This document shows positions 34,864 through 48,763 of a stretch of 64,000 nucleotides of DNA, piece by piece. Position 1 is the first letter of the stretch. Each line of letters opens with the position of its first letter. Both the position numbers and the translations under genes were made by a program. Origin of the DNA: the human T2T-CHM13v2.0 reference genome, Homo sapiens; the NCBI RefSeq assembly GCF_009914755.1, contig NC_060930.1. One strand, 5' to 3'. The notes beneath the pieces were generated by a model. It was given only the letters and a program-made list of their open reading frames with translations. It was not told where the DNA came from and made no database searches.

Positions 34864-37403
34864 TAAGGCCAGTAAGTCTTTGATTTGCCCATTTGAGGCT
34901 ATTTTCTAGATCCTGTAGATGTGCTCCATTATTTTTTATTCTTTTTTCTTTTGACTCCTCTGTGTATTTTCAAATAGTCCGTTTTCAAGCTCACTAATTC
35001 TTTCTTCTGCTTGATCAGTTCTGCTGTTGAGAGCCTGATGCATTCTTCAGTTTGTCCATTGAATTTTTATTTTAGCTCCAGAATTCCTGCTTGATTCTTT
35101 GTAATTATTTCAATCTCTTTGTTAAATTCATCTGATAGGATTCTGAATTCCTTCTCTGTGTTATCTTGGATTTTGCTGTTTCCTCAAAACAGCTATTTTG
35201 AATCCTCTGTCTGAAAGGCCATAGATCTCTATCATTCTGGAATTGGTCACTGGTGTCTTATTTAGTTATTTGGTGAGGTCATGTTTTTCTGGATGGTCCT
35301 GATACTTGTGGATGTTTGTTGATGTCTAGATATTAAAGATTTAGGTATTTATTCTAATCTTCACAATTTGGACTTCCTTGTACCCGTGCTTCTTGAGAAA
35401 ACTTTCCAAATATTCAAAGGGAATTGAGTGTTGTGATCTAAGTCTTTGGTCATTGCAGTCATATGTGCATTACAAGGCAACCCAAGCCCAGTAACGGTGT
35501 AACTTTTGCAGACCCGTAGAGGTACTGCCTTGGTGATCTTGGATAAGATCCAAGAGAATTCCCTGGATTACCAGGCAGAGTCTCTCGTACCCTTCTCTTA
35601 CTTTCCACCAAACAAATGGAATCACTTTCTCCATGCTGAGCTGTCTAGATTTGGGGGATGGGTGGCACAAGCACTTACATCGCCATCACTGCTGAGAGTG
35701 TGTTGGGTCACACCTGAAGCCAGCACAATACTGGGTCTCACCCAAGGCCTGTGGTGACCTGATATTTATTCAATGCCCAAGAGCTTTTTAGTTGGCTGGT
35801 GGTGAATTCTTCTGGGACTGTCTTTTGCTTCAGGGCAGTGGGTTCCCTTCTGGCCCAGGGTGGGTCTAGAAATGTCACCCAGGAGCTATGGCCTCGAATG
35901 GGGGCTTCAGGACTTTAGTGCTTTATTTTACTGTGGCTAAGCTGGTGTTCAAGTTGCAAGATGAAGTCCTCTTTAAGTCCTCTTTACTCTTTCCTCTCCT
36001 CTTGGAATTGCGAGCTGTGCTGCCTGGGGTTGGGGGACAGGCCTTGGCCATGTCAGCTAGTGTTTCACTGGGTTGCATGCACACCAAGCCTACTGGCTCC
36101 AAGGTCGGCCCAGTACTGCGACTTGCCCAGGAATTGTGGTCCTTGTGGCCTAAACTGTCTTTCAAGTTTATTTAGTACCCCAGAGCACTTGAGCCTGCAG
36201 TGGCAGGGCTTGCTGGAACTCCGGTTCTGACTACCAAGACGAACCCTTCTCCTCCAGCTAGGACTGGTCTAAATGCTCCCTCCATGGGCACCAGCCTAAT
36301 TCTGCCCTGTGTTGCTTTCCACTGTATCAGGGCAGCACTGAGTTGCAATGCAAAGCTCCATAATGACTTCCCTCTCCCTCTTCCAAAGACACAGATTCTC
36401 TGCATCATGCTGCGCTCCTAGGGGAAGGGCGAAGGGTAGTGTGAGCAATTCAAGGCTGTCTTTCCCACCCTCTTCAGTGCCTCTTCCTTGATATGATGTT
36501 AAAACCAGGTACTGTGATTGCTCACCTTATTTTCTGGTTCTTTTGAAGGTGCTGTCTTCTGTGGATAATAGTTCAATTTGGTGTTCTTGAGGGGTGAGGT
36601 TGGAGGGGACAGGGTGGGATGATAGCTGGAGGGTTCTGTTTGGCCATCTTGCTCTCTTTATAGTTATTCTTCATTAAATAGAATCACCAAGGCAGGAAGG
36701 TGTCATTACTGCTTTGATTCCAGATGCCTCTAGGCTCGTAGGCCATTTGAAGGCTTCCAAAGCTCTGGCGATAGAATAGATTCCTTCATGGACCCCCGTT
36801 CCTACTCCTCTACAGTATCCATGCCACGTGAAGATAGCAGTAGGAGAAGATTCCTCCAGCTTCCTCCAGAGTGTGAAGGGGGTGCTGAGGATGGAGCTTC
36901 TGAGCCTGAATCTCTGCCGACTCAGGAGACGTCAGAGTCTGTGTTCCGTGACTGGCTCCCCAGCAATCTCACCAGATGTGCTTAGATTTGGGTGGACTCA
37001 GTCACGCTGCCCAAAGCTGCATTCACTCATAGGGAGAGCAAGGGACCCACAGTACTGCTGCCATGTCCCTTTGAGGTGGCCTCTGTGTGCACCTGCTGGT
37101 CCTCCAGCCCAGTCTGCTCTCTGTACACAATCCCCATGAGCAGCATGAGTGCCAAGAACTGCTCAGTGCTCAGGTCTGGCACCTGGGCTTCTTTCACGTG
37201 CTCATAAGGCAGCCAGCGTGTTTCCCTAGGTACCCCGGAGGCTTTGGGCACAGAGGACCACACGTCCAGAAGTTTGGGCCATTCACATGTGTGCCATGTG
37301 GACCTCTCTGGAGAAGAGAGCTGGGTGCACATCTCAGCGTGTGCAATGGGCATGAGTGTGTTTGGCAAGCATGCTCAGGATGAAGATGACCCCCTCCTTT
37401 ATC

Positions 37404-37722
37404 CCACTGCTTCCTGTAGCTTCCAAACCACCTCCTCAGAAGTGTCATCTCCAGCCACTGCTTCCTGTAGCTTCCAAACAGCCTCCTCAGAAGTGTCACC
37501 TCCAGCCACTGCTTCCTGTAGCTTCCAAACGGCCTCCTCAGAAGTGTCACCTCCAGCCACTGCTTCCTGTAGCTTCCAAACGGCCTCCTCAGAAGTGTCA
37601 CCTCCAGCCACTGCTTCCTGTAGCTTCCAAACCGCCTCCTCAGAAGTGTCACCTCCAGCCACTGCTTCCTGTAGCTTCCAAACAGCCTCCTCAGAAGTGT
37701 CACCTGCAGCCACTGCTTCCTG
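37404..37722. repeat. Minisatellite/VNTR, 51-bp unit x ~6.25
   Basis: Unit CCACTGCTTCCTGTAGCTTCCAAACnnCCTCCTCAGAAGTGTCACCTCCAG starting at 37404, 37455, 37506, 37557, 37608, 37659 and 37710 (partial). Confidence 0.97.
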
Positions 37723-38079
37723 CTCTTTCACATTTTCTTTCTTCTTTGTCTGTGCTCTGTGGTTTGGCATCTGCCCCAGCTGCTCTGCTGCCGTCCTGTC
37801 TACCATCCATGCATGAATGACTTCCTTAAAAACACCGCCTTGTCTTTCCGTGGTCCTTCTCCTTTTCCTTCCTTCCAAAGTTGTCACCGTGGACCTTCTC
37901 TTCCACCCCCGTTCAGGAAACTGTTCCCTCAGGCTCACCTGACCTAGCCCTTTCCAGTTTCCTTAGCACCTGGGCAGGTCCTTCCGGGTGACTCATCCCA
38001 TCCTAGCAAGCAGATTTTGGGGACATACCTAAGAGCTCTCCCCTGTTCTTCTGGTGAAGCATTTTCTCTTTTCAGAGAA

Positions 38080-38860
38080 GTCACTGCAAGCCAGGGTGAC
38101 TTGCTGATTTGAATCTTCAGCCCTGACTCCTCTTCTGAGTTATAATTACTGCCTGGACATTGCACCCTGGGGGATCTATTCAGACTGAACATGACCAACG
38201 GTGAACTTGTCTCCCCCACCTTCTGTCCTGCCCCAAATCCTCACCCTAGTATCTGTTAGGAGGGCACCTCTTTCAGCCCTCCAACCTCTAGAGCCAACTT
38301 TGACCCTTCCATATCCTTCTTCCCCTGGAAAGGGACACCAAGTTCTGCTTTTCCTTGAAAATCCTTTAGATTTGCCTCTAGTCTCTGTCCTTGTGACCTC
38401 TGGCAATAGCTTCTGCTCTGGGCTCCCGCTCCAGTGCCCCATTTCTGGACTTCAACACAATTTGTTTTCTTTTCTTTTCCTTTTTTTTGAGACCAAGTCT
38501 CACTCTGTCACCCAGGCTGGAGTGCAGTGGTGCGATCTCGGCTCACTGCAACCTCCGCCTCCTAGGTTTAAGGGATTCTCCTGCCTCAGCCTGGGACTAC
38601 AGGCTTGTGCCACCACGCCCGGCTCATTTTTGTATCTTTTAGTGGAGATGGGGTTTCACCATATTGGCCAGGCTGGTCTTGAACTCCTGACCTCGTGATC
38701 CACCCACCTCAGCCTCCCAAAGTGCTGGGATTACAGGCATGAGCCACCACACCCACCACATCACCCTCTGCTCAAAAACCTTAAGTGGCTCCTTCTGGCC
38801 CAGGATGGGTCAAGTCCAGGTTCTAAATCCCCATGTAACCTGGCACCAACCTACCCATGT
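38080..38860. mobile_element. L2 relic split by an Alu
   Basis: CCTGACTCCTCTTCTGAG...AACATGACCAAC..GAACT; ATCACCCTCTGCTCAAAAACCTTAAGTGGCTCC. Confidence 0.55.
38465..38756 (-). mobile_element. AluS (Sg/Sc-like)
   Basis: CTGACCTCGTGATCC. Confidence 0.9.
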
Positions 38861-39269
38861 CCAACCATATTTCCCACACCCTCCCCAGACATTCATGGAA
38901 CAGCTCTTCAAGGCACTGGCCCAGGTTCTAGGGGAATCAAGGAGGAGGAAGCCTGGTCTTCTCCTTCAAGACCTTTTCAGTGAGGTGGAAGCTGGAGGTG
39001 GGGCATGTAGCTAGGCACAGGAACTCTAATGACGATGTAAGTGGCATTGTCACAGGCAGGTCATGTGACACGGGAGCACAGAGAAGAGTACCATTAGGTC
39101 AGACATATCATACATGTGGCTTGTGACATCCTATCAACATGAAACATAGCTGTGTTTCTTAAGCCATTTTGTTCACAACACAGCCAATGAATTCTTGTGA
39201 CAATGTACCAAATTATTCAAAACAAATTTTTTAGTAAAATAATAAAACTACTTTTCTCAAAACAGTTTG

Positions 39270-39568
39270 ATTTATTTTCTTTTTTCTTTTTTCTTTTTTT
39301 TTGAGATGGAGTCTCACTTTGTCACCCAGGTTGGAGTGCAGTGGTGCGATCTCAGCTCACTGCAATCTGCCTCCCAGGTTCAAGCGATTCTCTTGCCTCA
39401 GCCACCCGAGTAGCTGGGATTACAGGCACACACCACCATGCCTGGCTAATTTTTGTATTTTTAATACGGATGGGGTTTCACCATGCTGGCCAGGCTGGTC
39501 TCAAACTCCTGGCCTCAGGTGATCCACCAAAGTGCTGGGATTACAGGCATGAGCCACCGCACCCAGCC
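39270..39568 (-). mobile_element. AluS
   Basis: TSD TCAAAACAGTTTGATTT. Confidence 0.92.
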
Positions 39569-39688
39569 TCAAAACAGTTTGATTTTTGAGGAAAGAGTGC
39601 CTCCTTTTCATTAATTTGCGGGGGTGGGGGGTAACAATTTGCCTGAATTTCTATATTTTTGAAAAAGCTCTTTTAAAACATCTTGTTA

Positions 39689-39999
39689 GATGGGGCACCA
39701 TGACTCATGCCTGTAATCGCAACACTTTGGGAGGCCAACGCCGGAGGGCTGCTTGAGCTCAGGAGTTCAAGACCAGCCTGGGCAACAAAGCAAGACCTTG
39801 TCTCTGCTAAAAATAAGAAAAATTAGCTGGGCGTGACGGTGCGTGCCTGTGGTCCCAGCTACTTGGAGGCTGAGGGTGGGAGGATCGCTTGAGCCCAGGA
39901 GATCGAGGTTGGAGTGAGCTATGATAGCGCCACTGCACTCCACAGTGGGCAACAGAGCAAGATTCTGTCTTAAAAAACAAACAGAAAAAAAACGCCACA
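39689..39999 (+). mobile_element. AluJ
   Basis: J diagnostics; TSD AAAACA..TCTTGTTA. Confidence 0.9.
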
Positions 40000-40015
40000 A
40001 AAACACTTCTTGTTA

Positions 40016-40150
40016 GGATAGATGTGGTGGCTCCTGCCTATAATCACAGCACTTTGGGAGGCCAAGGTTAGAGGATCGTGTGAAGTCAAGAGTTTGAGAC
40101 CAGTCTGGACAACACAGCAAAACCCCCAACTATACCAAAAACAAAAAACA
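40016..40150 (+). mobile_element. FLAM / left monomer
   Basis: GTGGCTCCTGCCTATAATCACAGCACTTTGGGAGGCC...CAAAACCCC. Confidence 0.8.
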
Positions 40151-40747
40151 ACCCCAGAACCAAAACTTCTTGTTATTGGTAAAAGTACTGAATTTTTATA
40201 TGAACATGAAAGTTAAATGCCTGACTGATATGAAAATGGTCTTGTCAAATGCATGAAAAAGGAGCGGTTGTCTTCAGGTGAGATGAGAGTCATAGTTTTG
40301 GAGTCTTTCTGTAACGTGCTCTCATTTTAAGAGTTCCACTCAGCTGCTTCCTGTACAACCCTCCACAGAGAAATTCCATATGAAACCTCTGTGAACCGAG
40401 GCTGCCGTGTGAATCTCTCCCATCAGGAGAACTCCACTTCTGTGCAGTTTTCCAGCCTGTGCCTGTGGTCTTGCATTCCTGAGACTTTGTTGTGGATAAG
40501 AAGAAAAATTCTGTGGCCTTGAAACTGTGTCTGGATGGTTCCTCCATCTATTAGTTTCTCATTACATTAGTGGCTGCCCCGGGATCCAAGATAAACCATT
40601 TTCCCATGCCTGGTGAGAGACTGTAGCACAGACGCTTGATGTTTTATTGCCATGTTATTAGAACCAGCCTCCTAATTTGCACTGGAAAATTTGAGAGGGT
40701 AAACATATGGGCATATGTCTTCATGTGTGCCAAACTCACACTGTGGG

Positions 40748-40922
40748 CGCGCATGCGGTACACACACACGTTCCTTTTGTTACCTCTTTGAACTCTGAAT
40801 GAGATTTTGTGAGTGTGCACCTGGGGTAGACCCCTTAGTATTAGGTACAAACCCCACAGCAGCCCGCCTGGGTTTTCTCCCTCACCTGAGCATCTGAGCC
40901 CAGGGAGAATAAGCAGGTAAGT
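40748..40922 (+). promoter_or_regulatory. NRF1-like palindrome followed by a consensus 5' splice site (possible first exon)
   Basis: CGCGCATGCG at 40748-40757; CAG|GTAAGT at 40916/40917. Confidence 0.3.
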
Positions 40923-41074
40923 GCCAGCCCCTTCCTGCCGAGGCGTGCAAACTCGCCTGCAACCCCTACTCCATAGCCACACACGCACTCACAGACTTAA
41001 GGGTTTGCAGAGCACATTGAGGCTTCCCTCAAAGCGCATTGAGCATCCGCATGGAGAGATCAAGGATGGGAAGG

Positions 41075-41383
41075 GTGCTGGGAGCAGTCGCTCATGCCTG
41101 TTATCCCAGCACTTTGGGAGGTTGAGGTGGGAAGATCACTTGAGCCCAGGAATTAAAGACCAGCCTGGGCAGCATGACAAAACCCATCTATACAAAAAAT
41201 ACAAAAATTAGTCGGGTGTGGCAGTGCATGCCTGTAGTCCTAGCTACTTGGGAGGTTGAGATGGGAGGATCAGTTGAGCCTGGGGAGGTTGAGGCAGCAG
41301 TGAGCCATGGTTACACCACTGCACTCCAGCCTGGATGGGTGACAGAGCAAGAACTGGTCTCAAAAAAAAAAAAAAAAAAAAAA
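41075..41383 (+). mobile_element. AluJ
   Basis: J diagnostics and A tail. Confidence 0.9.
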
Positions 41384-41429
41384 GGGAAAGAGCTGCCTTG
41401 AGTAATTCCCAAACGGCATTCTCTCCTTC

Positions 41430-41737
<308 letters not shown>

Positions 41738-41822
41738 TCTCTCCTTCGTCTTTGCACTTTACTCTCCCTCTTCTCCCTTTGACAAGACATATTTCCATGA
41801 AGCCCTATTTCTTATGGCTCCT

Positions 41823-42090
41823 TTCTTCTTTTGTTGTTGTTGAGACAGGGTCTCGCTCTGTCACCCAAGCTGGAGTGCAGTCGTGAGATCTTGGCTCACT
41901 GCAGCCTCAGCTTCCCAAGTGGCTGAGACTACAGACATGAGCCACCATGCCTGGATAATTTTTTATTTTTTTTTAGAGATGGAGTCTTGCTATGTTGCCC
42001 AGGCTGGTCTTGAACTCTTGGGCTGAAGTTATCCTCCTGCCTCAGCCTCCCAAAGTATTGGGATTATAGGCATGGGCCACCATGCCCAGC
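41823..42090 (-). mobile_element. AluJ with internal deletion
   Basis: GCAGCCTCAGCTTCC shortcut; TSD-like CTCCT(T/A)TCTT. Confidence 0.88.
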
Positions 42091-42300
42091 TCTCCTATCT
42101 TTCTTTGTCATCACCTTTTCTCCCCGGCAGAGCTCCAGCCTCAGGTATCCCTCTTGTGGATGCTCCTGTTTTTCCATGGGTCCATGTTGTGATTATGCTG
42201 AGCCAACCACACTATGTCTCCCTCCTCATAACCCAAGGCACAGGCAAGTCTGTAGGACCATCTGGCAGGAGAGAGCCAAGGCCTGGACAAGCAGCCAGCC

Positions 42301-42546
42301 GTGGGCCCCATCTTGGCTCACTGCAACCTCCCACCTCCTGAGTACAAGTGATTCTCCTGCCTCAGCTTCCCGAGTAGCTGGGACTATAGGCTCTTGCTAC
42401 CATGCCTGGCTAATTTTTGTATTTTTAGTAGAGATGGGGTTTCGCCATGTTGGCCAGTCTCGTCTTGAACTCCTGACCTCAGGTGATCCACCGGCCTCGG
42501 CCTCCCAAAGTACTGGGATTACAGGCCTGAGCCACAACACTCGGCC
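42301..42546 (-). mobile_element. AluS lacking its 3' end and tail
   Basis: Begins at CATCTTGGCTCACTGCAACC. Confidence 0.88.
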
Positions 42547-43164
42547 CCATCATTACTTTATTCTTACCAGCTGCACTCACTGGTACTAGCAGTTCATGAT
42601 TTGCCTGAGTCAATAATGATATCACAACATCAGATTCCACTGATCAAAAAAGGACCTCGTCAGTCTAGCACTCAGTGGCAAAAAAAAAATGTTTAAGTTA
42701 TTATTGCAGAAAATCTGGAGCCTTGCCAGTGAATAAGATTTTTAAAGGATGTGCAAAAAATCTAGCAAAAGAGGCGTGAATGACCAGGGATGGATATGAG
42801 AGGAGATTTAGGGCGCAGTAGCCTAAAATGTGCCTCTGCTTGCAGAGATGCAAAAGAGGGTAAATGAGACTTTTAAAGCTGATTTAGACAGAGGAAAAGG
42901 GGAATGGGTGGTAATGAGACCCCTGCTGGAGGTATCACACGTGCCTGGGCAGCCGCGGAGGAAGACTCATGAAGGGAGTTGAAGGAGCAAAGCACCAGAA
43001 CCCTTCCAGCCCTGAGAGTCTGTGAGTCTATGAGGCCCATGGGTGTCCAAGGATGTGAACTGTTATGATAGTTCTAGAAATGGAAAGAACAGCTACTGAA
43101 TAATTATCAGTAATTATTGCTTTTCACCTAAAATGTGTAATGCAGCTTCCAAAATTACTGACTT

Positions 43165-43500
43165 GGCTGAGCACAGTGGCTCGCACGTGTAATCCCAGCA
43201 CTTTAGGAGGCTGAGTTGGGCAGGTCACTTGAGCTTAGGAGTTTGAGACCAGCCTGGGCATCATAGTGGGAACTTGTCTCTACAAAAAATACAAAAATTA
43301 GCCAAGCATGGTGGCACGTACCTGTAGTCCCAGCTGCTTGGAAAGCTGAGGCGGGAGGATCTTATAAACCCAAGAGGCAGAGACTACAGTGAGCCGTGAT
43401 CGTGCCACTGCATTCCAGCCTAGGTGACAGAGCGAGACCCTATCTGAAAAAAAAAAAAAAAGAAAGAAACAACAAAAAAAACACCCAACCAAACAAACAA
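43165..43500 (+). mobile_element. AluJ
   Basis: TSD AAATT(A/C)CTGA(C/T)TT. Confidence 0.9.
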
Positions 43501-44024
43501 ATTCCTGATTTTATTCCTAGGATATAGGTTATTCTCTGGGAGAATCTGGTTAGTTCAGTGCACTCCATCGTTAGCAGACGATAATATTCTGCACTTAAAT
43601 CACTCCTTTCATCTGTAGCTCTCAAATAATTTTATAAGCATTAATTAGTTCTCACATCTGGCTTTGAACCTATTTTCCCACTTGTCAAATGCATAATAAA
43701 CAATTTCGTACCTGGGTAAAGCCAAAATACTGGAGTGGTGTCTCCCAGGTTTCCAGAGACCCATCAGAAGAGTCAAAAACCTTGGTCACTTCTGCAGACA
43801 TCTCACCTGAGAGGGACCAGATGTCCAACTGCTTGTGGATGAGAGTCTGATACTGATGGCAAATAATTAACACTTCTTCCTACCACTTATTTCTATTCAG
43901 ATCTTCTGACATTAAAGTATCAAATAGGATATGATATTTGGGAAAAGTTTTCAGACTTCTAATCATGTATGGATTTGAGAATTAAGTATTCCTTTCTGCC
44001 TTTATAAAATTAGAGCTCTTCTTA

Positions 44025-44368
<344 letters not shown>

Positions 44369-44599
44369 TGAGCCATCTGGAGGGTTCTGGGACAGGACGG
44401 GGCACTTTATGGCCTCACCATTTCCCACACTGTGTCCCACTGCCCTAGCCACAGCTACCACTTACCACTGTTAAAATAGTAATGGGGAATTCCTCTGGGG
44501 TCCCAGATGAAAGAAAAAGCTTCACATTACACCCTTCCACCCCTACAGTTCTGACTTTGACACTGACATTTTAATAGTTGAAAACTAAACACGACCTTG

Positions 44600-44870
44600 T
44601 ACCTTCATTTCCTCTCCACTTGTTCCCTTCTTAACCCCCTGCGGTCCAGCCTCCACACTCTTCCCTCTGCTGAAGCCGTTTATGAAAAGTCTTCAGTGAC
44701 TTTCTCGTGGAATTCCAAGAGGCGTCTCTCGGGATCATTCCCTCTGAGCTCCTTCATCCTGCTGCCCACCCTGTCCCCTTGAAGGTCTCTCTTCCCTCGA
44801 CCTCTGGGATGCTGAATTTCCCATTTTTTCTTTCACCTCTCTGACATTTTCCCTTCTGGTTTGGAGGGCC
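44600..44870. mobile_element. L2 internal relic
   Basis: Pyrimidine-rich L2 ORF2-like sequence (CCTTGAAGGTCTCTCTTCCCTCGACCTCTGGGA). Confidence 0.5.
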
Positions 44871-45237
44871 CTCCACAGGGGTCATTGGTCCTGGGGTCTC
44901 CGACCTGTCTTGTGGGATCAACTCCCGCCATCCTCATCTCTGACAGGGGTAGGGATATCCCTCCTGATTTCCCAGATGAAATGCCCGAGAGATGGGGTTC
45001 ATACCACGCTTCCTTCCATTTCCTGCACCCCCGGGCTCACGGAGTTTCTTTTTCCTCTCGTAGCTCTCACCCCTTCACCGGCTAGCATTGTTAGTTCAGG
45101 CCCCTACATGCAGAGTATTTTCCCCCAGACTATTCTGTTCATGAACATTAACTAAATATGTTTGCATGTGCTCCCCCAGTTTTTAAAGTTTATTTGAGAG
45201 ATATTCCACTCTCCCAATTTTTGATTGTTTACATATT

Positions 45238-45583
<346 letters not shown>

Positions 45584-45598
45584 TAATGTGTTCATTTA

Positions 45599-45678
45599 TT
45601 AGGTTGCTCCAAGAGTAATTGCAGTTTTTACCATTGAAAGTAATGGCAAAAATGGCAATCACTTTTACATCCACCTAA
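45599..45678. mobile_element. MADE1 (Hsmar1-derived MITE)
   Basis: 80 bp, TTAGGTTG...CACCTAA inverted termini, TA on both sides (45597-45598, 45679-45680). Confidence 0.9.
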
Positions 45679-45740
45679 TAAATATGTAAAATAGAAACTC
45701 AAAAAGTTGAGATTTTTAAAAGTAAAAACAAATCAAAATT

Positions 45741-46040
45741 CTTTTTTTTTTTTTTTTTTGAGACCGAGCCTCTCTCTGTCACCAAGGCTAGAGTACAGTG
45801 GTGCAAACTCAGCTCACTGCAACCTCCGCCTCCGAGGCTCAGGTGATTCTCCTGCCTCAGCCTCCGAGTAGCTGGGGCTACAGGCTCATGCCACCACACC
45901 TGGCTAATTTTTGTATTTTTAGTAGAGATAGGGTTTTACCATGTTGGCCAGGCTGGTCTCGAACTCCTGACCTGAAGTGATCTGCCCACCTCGGCCTCCC
46001 AAAGTGCTGGGATTAGAGGCATGAGCCACCACACCTGGCC
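45741..46040 (-). mobile_element. AluS
   Basis: TSD AAATCAAAATTCT. Confidence 0.92.
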
Positions 46041-47425
46041 CAAATCAAAATTCTGATATCTTCTTCTCATATCCCAGTGGGTGACCTTAAGCAGAGCTGA
46101 GAGGGCCCCCCCATCAGCGAGCCCAGGGACCCAGAGGTCAGCAGCATCCCGAAGGCTTTGTCCACTGCCAGGCTGGCGCTCCTCCTTCCTACAGAGCCCA
46201 GCCTCTGTGCTCATCCCTATAAAACACTGGCTTCTTCTCCTCCCTTCTTCTGAGACCTCTGGTCTCCGGGCTTTCCAGTAGAGAACAGGCAGTCCCAGCT
46301 GACCTTCAGGGAGCTCCACATCCCATCATGACTTCTGTTCCAGCCTTTGCTCCCTTCAATGCCCCGCCTGTCCTCTCCAGGTCCTGGGCCTCTGCCTGGC
46401 TCAGGGTGAGCCTAGGTCACCTCCGTCCCACCTTCCCTGTTCACGCCATCACGTTGCTGTCTCCTTCCTCACAGCTCTGTCCAATCTTTTGGCACCTGGC
46501 CACCCGCTGTTACTTGACACTCTCACTCATGCCATCTAATCGCTTCACTGGATTCCGATCTCCAAGAGCACACAGTCCAGGTTTCTTCTGCATAGACTTT
46601 GAACCTGTCCTCTGTCCCTGCAGTGCTCCTCAGTCCCCCTCTCAGGACAGCACCATCATCAGAGCGGCCTGAGCCCTCTTGGTGGTTGTGTTTGGACAGA
46701 GACAGCTGTGGGGGCCACGGAAGCTCTGACACAGTCTGATGTGCTGATCACACGTATACAGGTGGACTTCACACGTTTGTGGCAGGCAGCTTAACACTGC
46801 TAAATTCTTAAACCTACTCAAGCTCAGCTTCTTGCAAATACTATTTCCCAGAAGTTGGTAATATATTCTCCTAAAGATTTAATAGAAGAAAAGTTGGCTG
46901 CTTATTGAAAAGTATGCTTTTGACTGCCAACTCGGATTATTTTAAATTAATGTTAATGCATGCAAGATTTACTCGCAAAGCATCCATCTCTTTAGTGCCC
47001 GATGGGGCTCAGGGCATGTGTGTAAATCATTCAGATGACAATTTCCTGGATTGAGTGCTTGGCATTTACCTACCACAGATCAATGCGCTTATTCACAGAT
47101 GGCAGCATGGGGACACTGAGGATGATTGGAGATGTTGGACACTCAGGAGCAGAATGACTCTGAAACAGTCAAGAGGCAGCAAGCCTGGAGCTTCTTCCAA
47201 ATCTTCTTGAATTCTCCTTTGAAACTCACCAGCAAATGCTGACCTGGGAATTTGAAAACAGCACACTAAAATGGAGATATCAACTCACTTCCTGGACTTT
47301 AATCTTTATGGCTCTGTGGCTGGAGTGCAGCCATCCAGTTCTTCAAGGTGCTTCCACGGGACCATATTGTTACTGGGGTGAATAACCTTTGAGACCCCTT
47401 AACAGAAACACACTCTCGTTTGTGA

Positions 47426-47826
<401 letters not shown>

Positions 47827-48269
47827 TAAACTACATGTTTTTCTTGTGGTAAACTCGTCAGACTTGGTGAATGTTATAATTGTGTTCAGAGTCCAAAAGT
47901 CATTCCATAGCATATATTTCAAGTATAATGATGGCTCAATGTCCTGAACCAAGATTATCTTGGTGGCTGAGGCTAATACCTGATACTGTGGGTGGCAGGT
48001 CACACTCTCTGCAGGTTCCCATCGGGTCGGGTGATGCTTTTCAGATTAACGGTTAAGTGCAGCTATCTTAGCGAGGGTTCATTATTGAAGTTTCTATTTG
48101 TTTCTTTATGCTTTTTAAAATAACTTACCTGCATCTCTTACATTGATTGCAAAGGGCCAAGTTTGAGACAGTGACAGACTTGAGAGAAGACCAAAGCTAT
48201 CCACAGAAAGCTTTGCTAGCTAAATATTTGTTTGAGATTGTCGATCCTGTTATTCTTACAAGAGGCCCA

Positions 48270-48763
<494 letters not shown>

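Noticed and set aside
36656-37400. L1 antisense promoter driving transcription into the VNTR region
   Set aside because: The antisense promoter is established for young primate L1PA 5'UTRs; this is an older, CpG-decayed 5'UTR type and the sequence gives no support
37404-37722. CRISPR-like appearance of the regular array
   Set aside because: Units are head-to-tail with no unique spacers, in a eukaryotic context; it is a minisatellite
42304-42551. GGCCCCATC direct repeat as TSD of the tail-less Alu
   Set aside because: Both copies overlap Alu-consensus bases, leaving too little independent match to call a TSD
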